A DNA stretch of 64,000 nucleotides from Bacilli bacterium (GTDB taxonomy: Bacteria; Bacillota_I; Bacilli_A; RF39; UBA660). A program made the translations under genes and the position numbers. Below are positions 57,043 to 64,000 of the stretch, one piece after another; position 1 is the stretch's first letter, and each line of letters opens with the position of its first letter. A model generated the notes under the pieces. That model made no database searches, was not told the origin of the DNA, and saw only the letters and a list, made by a program, of their open reading frames with translations. The stretch is from NCBI GenBank assembly GCA_017416535.1, contig JAFQCG010000005.1:51132-115131 (forward strand), in the 5' to 3' direction.

Positions 57043-57078
57043 AAAAAAAGACTTATTACCCTAATAGATAATAAGTCT
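57043..57078 (-). terminator. Strong intrinsic terminator (candidate attenuator) 12 nt upstream of the pyrH start codon
   Basis: RNA sense agacuuauua-ucuauuaggg-uaauaagucu plus a U6 run, immediately followed by the pyrH SD aggaggg. Confidence 0.65.
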
Positions 57079-57124
57079 AGAAAACAAAAGAGATAGATTG
57101 AATTAACGTATTCGTTTTTTTCAT
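57077..57124 (-). CDS. Candidate 15-aa leader peptide MKKTNTLIQSISFVF
   Basis: SD aaggagga 7 nt upstream of the ATG. The UAG stop overlaps the first two bases of the terminator 5' arm. Confidence 0.35.
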   Translation of the reverse strand: MKKTNTLIQSISFVF

Positions 57125-57145
57125 ACTATCTCCTCCTTGTATATA

Positions 57146-57174
57146 ATCATACAATAATTTTTATATTTATTCAA
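57146..57174 (-). promoter_or_regulatory. Candidate promoter for the pyrH leader
   Basis: TTGAAT (57169-57174, overlapping the tyrS stop), 17 nt, TATGAT (57146-57151). Confidence 0.35.
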
Positions 57175-58405
57175 ATATAACTTTTAGAAAAACCTTTTTT
57201 CCTTTTTGAATAATTATAAAGTTTTCAGTTAAATTGTCTTTTGTTATTTTTTCATTAGCATTTAATTCTTTTTCACCATTGACACTTATACCATTTTGTT
57301 CTATTAATCTTCTGGCTTCCGATTTAGATGTTACTAGATTTGTTTCTACTAATAAGTCTACTATATTAATATCTAGTTTATCTTTTGATAAAGTTATACT
57401 TGGCATGTTATCAGAAATCCCTTTATTACTAAATAGTTCTTCCGATGTCTTTCTTGCTTTAATCGCTTCTTCTTCCCCATGAACTAGTTTTGTTACTTCA
57501 AATGCTAGAAGTTTTTTTGCTTCCCTAATATCTTTTTTACATAGTTCTTTTATTTCGGGTATTTCTAATCTTGTAAAGAATGATAAACTTCTTTCGACAT
57601 CTTCATCAAAAGAGTTCATCCATGCTTGAAAAAATTCAAATGTAGATGTTTTGTCCCTTGATACCCATAATGTACCCGATGCAGTTTTTCCCATCTTCTC
57701 TCCATCTGCTTTTATTAGTAATGGACATACTAAACCAAATAACGGATCAATCTTTTTACCTTCACTAAAACCTATTTTTCTAGAAAGGTCTACTCCAGCA
57801 ATAATATTTCCCCATTGGTCAGAACCACCTATTTGTAATTTACATCCAAACTCTTTATTTAAATGGACAAAGTCAAATGCTTGCATTAACATGTATCCCA
57901 TTTCTAGGAATGTCAATCCACCTGAGGATAATCTTTTTTTGTAGCAATCTGCTTGTAGCATATTATTAACATTAAAGTGTACTCCAATATCTCTCATAAA
58001 ATCTATATAGTTCTTGTCAGATATCCAGTCTGCATTATCTACGATAATTGCTGGGTTATCTCCATCTGTTTTTACAAAACGTTTTACTAATTCTTTAACT
58101 TCTTTTTTATTATGAGCAACCTCTTCTTTTGATAACATTTTTCTCATATCACTTTTACCAGTAGGATCTCCTATAAGCGCTGTTGCTCCACCTACTAATA
58201 TAATACCTTTGTGTCCAAAATCTTGTAGCCATCTAAACATAGTTAAAGCAAAGAAATGCCCAATATGTAGACTATCTGCAGTTGGGTCTATTCCTAAGTA
58301 AAATGTAAATGGTTCTCCATTAATTAAATCAATAATTTCTTGTTCATGTGTTAAATCTTTTATGTATCCTCTTTCTTTAAGGATATCAAATAATTTCTTT
58401 TCCAT
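57167..58405 (-). CDS. tyrS: Tyrosine--tRNA ligase
   Basis: DPTADSLHIGHF (HIGH), KMGKT (KMSKS), C-terminal S4-like domain. Confidence 0.93.
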   Translation of the reverse strand: MEKKLFDILKERGYIKDLTHEQEIIDLINGEPFTFYLGIDPTADSLHIGHFFALTMFRWLQDFGHKGIILVGGATALIGDPTGKSDMRKMLSKEEVAHNKKEVKELVKRFVKTDGDNPAIIVDNADWISDKNYIDFMRDIGVHFNVNNMLQADCYKKRLSSGGLTFLEMGYMLMQAFDFVHLNKEFGCKLQIGGSDQWGNIIAGVDLSRKIGFSEGKKIDPLFGLVCPLLIKADGEKMGKTASGTLWVSRDKTSTFEFFQAWMNSFDEDVERSLSFFTRLEIPEIKELCKKDIREAKKLLAFEVTKLVHGEEEAIKARKTSEELFSNKGISDNMPSITLSKDKLDINIVDLLVETNLVTSKSEARRLIEQNGISVNGEKELNANEKITKDNLTENFIIIQKGKKVFLKVIFE

Positions 58406-58481
58406 TTTTATTTCCTCCTAAATAATTTGTATAGTTAATTAAATTACATTCATTAAAGTAATAGTAATAGTCACTATCCAT
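58386..58481 (-). CDS. Candidate 31-codon uORF with a YYYY run, overlapping the tyrS SD and start codon
   Basis: My translation: MDSDYYYYFNECNLINYTNYLGGNKNGKEII. SD aaaggagg 8 nt upstream. In the +1 frame relative to tyrS. Ends at a UGA 17 nt inside tyrS. Confidence 0.4.
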   Translation of the reverse strand: MDSDYYYYFNECNLINYTNYLGGNKNGKEII

Positions 58482-58498
58482 ACAAATCACCTCCTTTG

Positions 58499-58715
58499 AA
58501 AATAAAAAGAGCACTTCATCCAAAAGGACGAAATGCTCGTGGTACCACCTTTATTTGTAATAATAGTTTATTACCTTATTTTGATAACGGAATTATCCGA
58601 TTAAAATCATCACTTGTAATTCATTATTTTATTTTTGTTTGTTTCCACCTAACCACAAACTCTCTAAAAAAAATTATAAAATAATTACTTCGAATGAATC
58701 GTCTTTTAATTAACT
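58499..58715 (-). promoter_or_regulatory. T-box leader (Tyr specifier UAC) with terminator, upstream of tyrS
   Basis: RNA sense contains AGAGA, GGUGGAAAC, the specifier context gaaUUACAag and the T-box sequence AAAGGUGGUACCACGAG. The terminator has a 13-bp stem, gagcauuucgucc-uuuu-ggaugaagugcuc, followed by a U-run. Confidence 0.8.
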
Positions 58716-58721
58716 GGCTAC

Positions 58722-58750
58722 ATTATAACATATAATTATTATTTTGGCAA
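58722..58750 (-). promoter_or_regulatory. Promoter of the tyrS leader
   Basis: TTGCCA (58745-58750), 17 nt, TATAAT (58722-58727), with an upstream TGT (extended -10). Confidence 0.55.
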
Positions 58751-58761
58751 ATTCTAGTATT

Positions 58762-59556
58762 TTATCTATTATATGTAGTTTGTTTTTTTATAATCTTTCC
58801 TGTTTTTCTGTACCATGTTCTTGGAGATACTTCTTCTCCTACTCTAGTTATAATTGATTCTAAATTTTCGTCTAAGATATTACCATAGTTATATAAAGTC
58901 CTTTGATGTTCTATTGAGGCATCACATTCAGTTACCATACCATCAACATTAATTGTTACTAAAGGTCCAACTTCCATTACATCTTGACTTTTTAAATATG
59001 TATAAATTATTGGCCATGGACGAATTGGAACTGTTATTTCTTTTGGAAGTTCTTCAGCCCTACCTTCTCTAAATAATTTTTTATCTATTTCTCTGTAATT
59101 TAAAAAATGGGGACTCTCTATGTACCTTTCTAGATTCTTTATATATTCATCTAATTTTCCTTTTTCCTTTATATCTTTTAAGTGAAACGGATCTTTTGAA
59201 ATACCAAATAAAGCATTTACGTTGCTTTTTCTTTTAGGTATATATTCATCAATATAGTCTAATAATCTTAATAATTCGTCACTGTAATTTGTTCCGTTTA
59301 TAGTCATAGTTAAATTATCAAGTCCAATATGATTATCCACAATAAATGTTAATGCTTTTTCTAATGTCGGAAGTGCTAGAGTTGGTTCTCCTCCGCAAAT
59401 AGTTAAATTACCTATTGAGTCTATTTGATTTAGTTGTTCTATCACTTCTTCTTTCATATTTTTTGATGTAGCAACTCCACGCATACAATGCATGCACTTA
59501 AGATTACATTGTTCAGTAATAATTAATCCTAAGTTTTGTATATATAATTTACTCAT
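58762..59556 (-). CDS. Radical SAM protein (small, with a partial SPASM/twitch-like C-terminus)
   Basis: CxxxCxxC: ITEQCNLKCMHCM. GGEPTL motif. C-terminal INVDGMVTECDAS. Confidence 0.8.
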   Translation of the reverse strand: MSKLYIQNLGLIITEQCNLKCMHCMRGVATSKNMKEEVIEQLNQIDSIGNLTICGGEPTLALPTLEKALTFIVDNHIGLDNLTMTINGTNYSDELLRLLDYIDEYIPKRKSNVNALFGISKDPFHLKDIKEKGKLDEYIKNLERYIESPHFLNYREIDKKLFREGRAEELPKEITVPIRPWPIIYTYLKSQDVMEVGPLVTINVDGMVTECDASIEHQRTLYNYGNILDENLESIITRVGEEVSPRTWYRKTGKIIKKQTTYNR

Positions 59557-59616
59557 ATGAATCCCCCAATTTCGTCTATATTATAACATAAAAAAAGAGA
59601 ATATGTTAATTCTCTT

Positions 59617-61929
59617 TTACCATGAGCCTCCGCCGCCTCCGCCGGAACCTCCTCCAGATGATCCTCCTCCAGAAGAACCACCGCCTCCACCACCTCCGCT
59701 GCTTGATGGTGATGAAGACATTGAAGATTTAGCAGATGTCATTGTTTGATCCATGAACTTACCAAAACTCTTTGGACTAAAGTGATCTGTTCCATCATAC
59801 CAGTCTGGTTCTGTTAAACCAATTTCTTCAAATTGTTTAATCCATTTATCTGAGATACCTAATACATAAGTATAAGGAAGAATATCATAGAAGTAATTAG
59901 GATTTTGCATAACCATTGCTTCTAATCTTTCTTTTTCTGCAGTTTCTAGGAATGTTTTAAATCCTTTTAATTTTCCTAACATTTCATTACCATATGGAGT
60001 TCTTTTTGGCATATATGTATATGTAACTATCATACCAACTACGCAAGCAATTCCATATACTGTTGATAATAAATACATAGGTTCTTCAAATACTGCTTGT
60101 GTTATTGGTAAAGCTATCATAAACATACTAGAGTGGAATATTAAAAATCCCATTACAAATATCTTTGCAACAATTTGCATTTTTGCTGTTCCTAATGCGA
60201 CATAAAATGGTATGTAGAATCCAATTATAAATACTGAAGCTATTATCATTTCTACTCCACCAAAGTCATATGTTGGAATTGATATTGTTGTAAATAATGA
60301 AATTATTAATAAAATTATTATAAATACTTTCTTGTTTAAAGATCCTTTTTCATATATCTCATGAAGATTACTTTTTTCATTTGTCTTATCAATAATTTTA
60401 TTCATTGTACGATAAAAGCTATTATATAAATCACTTGATGTTACAGTTTCTTTATATTCTTCTAATTCTGGTTTACCTAATGCTTTTCTATAAGAATATC
60501 TTTTTTTCTTAAATAATCCTTCATAGAACAATTTTTCATTTTCATCTGTTCCATCATATTCTTTTAATTTAGTAATTTTAAATCCTTTATCACCAAATTT
60601 ATTTTTTCTATTTGTTTCTTCTATTTTTAAGTAACCTTTGTTTGCTAAATAAATTAATAATGATACAACATCTTCACTTTCAGCTTTTCCTTTGAATAAA
60701 AATCCTGCGCGTAAACTATTTATTCCTTGTGGTGGGTAAAATTCAATGGTTTCTACTATATCATCATCATTTCCAAATTTTGCCCAAATAATTATTGTTA
60801 TTAATAAACATACTAATGGTATTAAGAATAGTGCTATATATCCAGGTTCATTATTGAATCCTGCTCCGACGAAATAACCTTCTTCTAATTCTACTCTTAC
60901 AGTTAGAGCTTCACCGGCATCTAATGCACCATTATATTTACCAGATATTTTATTGTCATTTACTTCATATAAAATATTATCATTTGCTAGAGATCCTTTT
61001 GTACCTGATGAGAATCCTAATTTAGCTGCATCGAATTCTTTAGGCATTTCAATAGTAAATGTAACATTACCTATAATTGTGTCCCATTCTGGACCAATTA
61101 GATTAAAATAAAACTCGTCATAGTCTTCCATTGGATCTTTACCAATATTATATGTGTATGAAATTGTATATTCTTGACTTCCTCTTAATGTCAAATCAGG
61201 TGAACCTATTTTTACTTCATATGTATCAGAACTTCTAGATGTTGTATATTCATGAGATACTTTTAAGTTACTAACTTTTGCTCTATTTTTTGTAGTAGTA
61301 CCATCTAATCTTTCAACTTCATTTCTTACTGGTATTTTTCTGAAAATACCATGTTTACTAATATAAAAATATGCTACTATTTTTTCTTCAATATCAAATG
61401 TATTATTTTCATTAACCTTTATTTTTATATCATATGAATCAATTATATATTCTCTATATGAGTTTAATGGATCATCACTTGGTTTTTCATATGAAATAAT
61501 TGGTGCAGGTCTTTGCTTTGTCGAAATTTTTATTTCATAATACAAAATGTCAGAAGCTTTATATTCTTCTGGTAGATAACTTGTATTTGACATTTGTAAG
61601 TATGTAGATGTTTCTTTTGGTTTTAGAGTTCTCGAAATCATATTTGATGATATCTCATTATTATTTAAATCATAGTATGTAACCCATATACTTACACTTT
61701 GTTGGTAATCTGTACGATTTGTTATAGTTCCAGATAAACCATATGCTAATGTGGAAGTGTTTTCGTAATTATTAAACTTTATATTTGTAATACTTACATC
61801 ATCCATTATCACTTCTTGCAATTCATTTATATTGTGTTTTATTGTTGTTTTTTCTTCTGCATATGTAGTAAACGGAAAGATAAATAATCCTACTAATATC
61901 ACTAGAAGAAATGTTAAATTTTTTTTCAT
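59617..61929 (-). CDS. DUF2207-type membrane protein with a Gly/Ser-rich C-terminal tail
   Basis: Signal peptide, large extracellular N-domain, several TM helices, tail SSSPSSSGGGGGGGSSGGGSSGGGSGGGGGGSW. Paired with LemA, as is typical for this family. Confidence 0.7.
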   Translation of the reverse strand: MKKNLTFLLVILVGLFIFPFTTYAEEKTTIKHNINELQEVIMDDVSITNIKFNNYENTSTLAYGLSGTITNRTDYQQSVSIWVTYYDLNNNEISSNMISRTLKPKETSTYLQMSNTSYLPEEYKASDILYYEIKISTKQRPAPIISYEKPSDDPLNSYREYIIDSYDIKIKVNENNTFDIEEKIVAYFYISKHGIFRKIPVRNEVERLDGTTTKNRAKVSNLKVSHEYTTSRSSDTYEVKIGSPDLTLRGSQEYTISYTYNIGKDPMEDYDEFYFNLIGPEWDTIIGNVTFTIEMPKEFDAAKLGFSSGTKGSLANDNILYEVNDNKISGKYNGALDAGEALTVRVELEEGYFVGAGFNNEPGYIALFLIPLVCLLITIIIWAKFGNDDDIVETIEFYPPQGINSLRAGFLFKGKAESEDVVSLLIYLANKGYLKIEETNRKNKFGDKGFKITKLKEYDGTDENEKLFYEGLFKKKRYSYRKALGKPELEEYKETVTSSDLYNSFYRTMNKIIDKTNEKSNLHEIYEKGSLNKKVFIIILLIISLFTTISIPTYDFGGVEMIIASVFIIGFYIPFYVALGTAKMQIVAKIFVMGFLIFHSSMFMIALPITQAVFEEPMYLLSTVYGIACVVGMIVTYTYMPKRTPYGNEMLGKLKGFKTFLETAEKERLEAMVMQNPNYFYDILPYTYVLGISDKWIKQFEEIGLTEPDWYDGTDHFSPKSFGKFMDQTMTSAKSSMSSSPSSSGGGGGGGSSGGGSSGGGSGGGGGGSW

Positions 61930-61939
61930 ATATAACCCC

Positions 61940-62488
61940 TTATAAATTAATTTCTACATCGTTTCTTTCTTCTGTTGTTGCTTCAAACATTTTTTCTTTT
62001 TTAAATCCAAAAATTAGGGCAACTATCATACTTGGGAAAGTTACAATTTTTACATTTATATTTCTAACTGTACCATTATAATATTTTCTGGCATTTGCAA
62101 TTTCTTCTTCGACTTTTGTAATTTCTTCACTTAAATTAATGAAATTTTCACTAGCCTTTAGTTCTGGATAATCTTCTGCTATAGCAATAATTCTAGATAA
62201 GTCTTCTGATAGTTTATTGCTTGTGTTTGCCTTTTCTTCAAAAGATAAACTTTCATAACTTGTTTTTCTTATTTTAGTTAGTTCTTTTAAAAGATCTCCT
62301 TCATGTTTCATATATCCTTTTACGATATCAACTAAATTTGGAATTAGGTCCCATCTTTTCTTTAAATAAACATCCATTGTTGAAAAACCTTCTTCTACTC
62401 TAATTTTTAGTTTGGCTAGTTTATTATAAGTTATCATTACATAGATACCTAATAATACAACTACCACTGCGATTATTATATATGTCAT
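61940..62488 (-). CDS. lemA: LemA family protein
   Basis: N-terminal TM helix, then YNKLAKLKIRVEEGFSTMDVYLKKRWDLIPNLV and YYNGTVRNINVKI. Confidence 0.85.
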   Translation of the reverse strand: MTYIIIAVVVVLLGIYVMITYNKLAKLKIRVEEGFSTMDVYLKKRWDLIPNLVDIVKGYMKHEGDLLKELTKIRKTSYESLSFEEKANTSNKLSEDLSRIIAIAEDYPELKASENFINLSEEITKVEEEIANARKYYNGTVRNINVKIVTFPSMIVALIFGFKKEKMFEATTEERNDVEINL

Positions 62489-62552
62489 AATATATACCTC
62501 CTATTATTTTGATTATATCATATATAATTATTTTTTTATAAAAAAACAGGAA

Positions 62553-63356
62553 TTATTTTCCTGCTTTTTTTGGTGTTTCTTCTGGTGGTGGTAGAAGTAT
62601 TCCGTCATCTTCTTGTGGAATATCATCTAGATAAGTATCATCTTGTATGGATGCTCCTATATGTTCTTCAAATTCTTCATCATCAAATAAATCTCCATAA
62701 TGGATATTATTCTTTCTATTATTTTTTCTATAAATTTTACTATATAAGTTTCTAAAGTTTAATCCTGTTGTTATTAAATGTTGTTCTTCTTCAGATAAAT
62801 TTTCATCAGACATATATTTTGATACTAGTCCATACATTTCACCTATTACATTTTCATCTATTGTGATAAATGGATCTGTTGTTGAAGAACTTCTTTTTGT
62901 AAAGTCACCTAGGATTGGATAAAATGTACCTACTTTTGTTACTCCTTGAAAGATATAATATTTAAACCATGTAGGATATGGATTTTCTTCACTTGATAAA
63001 AAGTCTAATAAATTATCTAGCGACTCCTTTTGTTTATTTTTTATACATCCTAGTACAAGAGCTTTGTCTTGTTCTGTTATTTCTTCTTTATCTGCTAATC
63101 CTAAGTCATGAAAAAATCCTTTACGATATTTAATATAACTTTCTGGTAGCTTTTTTATTAGATACTTGTCATAGTAAAAAGATCTTAAAAGTACTCTTTT
63201 GTTTTCGTCAGAAAGTGCTTCTTGTTGAGAATATTCTAATCTCTCTAGATATTCCATAATTCTTTGAGATGGATCACTTGTATCTGACTTAATTGTATCT
63301 TTCATATCTTTAAAAACTAAGTTTAAAAACTCTGCACCAGTATTTATATTTTTCAT
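62553..63356 (-). CDS. Hypothetical protein with an acidic C-terminus
   Basis: 267-aa ORF. No motif recognised. Confidence 0.45.
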   Translation of the reverse strand: MKNINTGAEFLNLVFKDMKDTIKSDTSDPSQRIMEYLERLEYSQQEALSDENKRVLLRSFYYDKYLIKKLPESYIKYRKGFFHDLGLADKEEITEQDKALVLGCIKNKQKESLDNLLDFLSSEENPYPTWFKYYIFQGVTKVGTFYPILGDFTKRSSSTTDPFITIDENVIGEMYGLVSKYMSDENLSEEEQHLITTGLNFRNLYSKIYRKNNRKNNIHYGDLFDDEEFEEHIGASIQDDTYLDDIPQEDDGILLPPPEETPKKAGK

Positions 63357-63385
63357 TTTATACCTCTTATCTTCTTTTATTTTTA

Positions 63386-64000
63386 TTATTTTTCTGATTT
63401 TGTTAGTACTTTTAATATTTCTGTTTGCATTTCTTCTGTAATTGGATTACTTGCTGCTTTTTCGTGGCCTTTTCCACCAAATAGTTCTGCTACAGGACGA
63501 ACATGAATTCCTTCTTTTACACTTCTATAAGCAACTACTCCTGGATCTAAAGCAATCATCATTGTGAAATCCATGTCAAAGTTATTTTCTCTAAAATATT
63601 CAGCTAATTCATTACGGTATTCATATGTAATAAAGACTATTCCTGCTTTCATCCCAAGAATTTCTTTATAATATATTTTGTCTGCATAATATTCACATTT
63701 ATCTTTGATTTGTTGTTTACGATTATTTATTAGTGTTTGTTCCATTGAATTAAAATTAAATTCCTTAGTTTCAGGATTTTTTAATTTTTCAGTCATTAAA
63801 GCAATATATCCATCATAACCTAGTGCATCAAATAAAATTGATAATTCACGAGATTTTTCATTGTTATAGATATTTTTCCATTCCCATGTATCGTGTTGTC
63901 TTGTAAGTTCTACAAATTCTTTTATTGCTTCATTTGTATGGTCTAGCAGACCTTCTTGTAGTAAGTGATTGTAGAATAAACTTGTTCCACAACATAGGCC
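63386..64000 (-). CDS. DHH/DHHA1-family phosphoesterase. The N-terminal part lies beyond the right window edge.
   Basis: The frame stays open from 63796 to 64000 (GLCCGTSLFYNHLLQEGLLDHTNEAIKEFVELTRQHDTWEWK...). DHHA1-type motif FGGKGHEKAAS near the C-terminus. The track lists only the part from an internal Met. Confidence 0.7.
   Translation of the reverse strand, partial: GLCCGTSLFYNHLLQEGLLDHTNEAIKEFVELTRQHDTWEWKNIYNNEKSRELSILFDALGYDGYIALMTEKLKNPETKEFNFNSMEQTLINNRKQQIKDKCEYYADKIYYKEILGMKAGIVFITYEYRNELAEYFRENNFDMDFTMMIALDPGVVAYRSVKEGIHVRPVAELFGGKGHEKAASNPITEEMQTEILKVLTKSEK

Noticed and set aside
1-64000. Mollicutes-type genetic code (TGA read as Trp)
   Set aside because: Conserved genes terminate at TGA at the expected length: pyrH ends ...VQN-TGA, and the VirB4 N-terminal ORF ends in TGA within the ATGA overlap. 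Long conserved proteins (dnaE, typA, metG, tyrS) are intact under the standard code.
1-64000. CRISPR arrays, transposase or IS elements, rRNA genes
   Set aside because: I saw no regularly spaced direct repeats, no transposase- or integrase-like ORF and no rRNA-like sequence anywhere in the window.

Overview
AT-rich window from a low-GC monoderm bacterium (Bacillota). It uses the standard genetic code, since conserved genes end in TGA. Synteny is B. subtilis-like: ireB-ruvX-yrzB-mltG-trmR ... U32 pair ... greA. An Erysipelotrichales-like origin is only a guess. Almost every gene is on the minus strand.

Left 24.6 kb (accessory locus): one tightly packed, co-directional locus that joins two machines.
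- A complete monoderm Tad/Flp-type (type IVc) pilus module: CpaB, TadA/CpaF, TadB, TadC, an unannotated 55-aa Flp-like pilin, a TadE-like pseudopilin and a TadZ-like protein with a degenerate P-loop.
- A Gram-positive-style type IV secretion or conjugation module: two VirB2/TrbC-like hairpin proteins, a VirB6-like protein, a VirB3/PrgI-like protein, a VirB4 split into two ORFs, a SpoIID-like plus Cys-peptidase wall hydrolase, and a VirD4/TraG coupling protein that runs off the left edge.
- Upstream of both: a polytopic membrane protein, an Ig-like surface protein, a class B sortase and a 968-aa cysteine-rich exoprotein.
- No relaxase, integrase, prepilin peptidase, phage structural gene or CRISPR array is visible in the window.

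Right 39 kb (housekeeping): greA, an HD/dGTPase-like gene, a U32 pair, trmR, mltG, ruvX, ireB, rhomboid, TspO, a hybrid sensor kinase, plsC-like, rluD, lspA, dnaE, rpmB, typA, tRNA-Gly(UCC), metG, pyrH, tyrS, a radical SAM gene, a LemA/DUF2207 pair and a DHH phosphoesterase.

Signals in the housekeeping part that merit a second look:
- A third copy of the pilin-like hairpin, fused to an NlpC/P60 hydrolase and inserted into the conserved trmR/U32 synteny.
- An internal NPATN sortase-B-type sorting signal in an 801-aa surface protein.
- A Tyr-codon-run uORF between the tyrS T-box and tyrS.
- A leader-peptide/terminator arrangement directly in front of pyrH.

All functional calls come from motif and architecture reading by eye. 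No database search was run.
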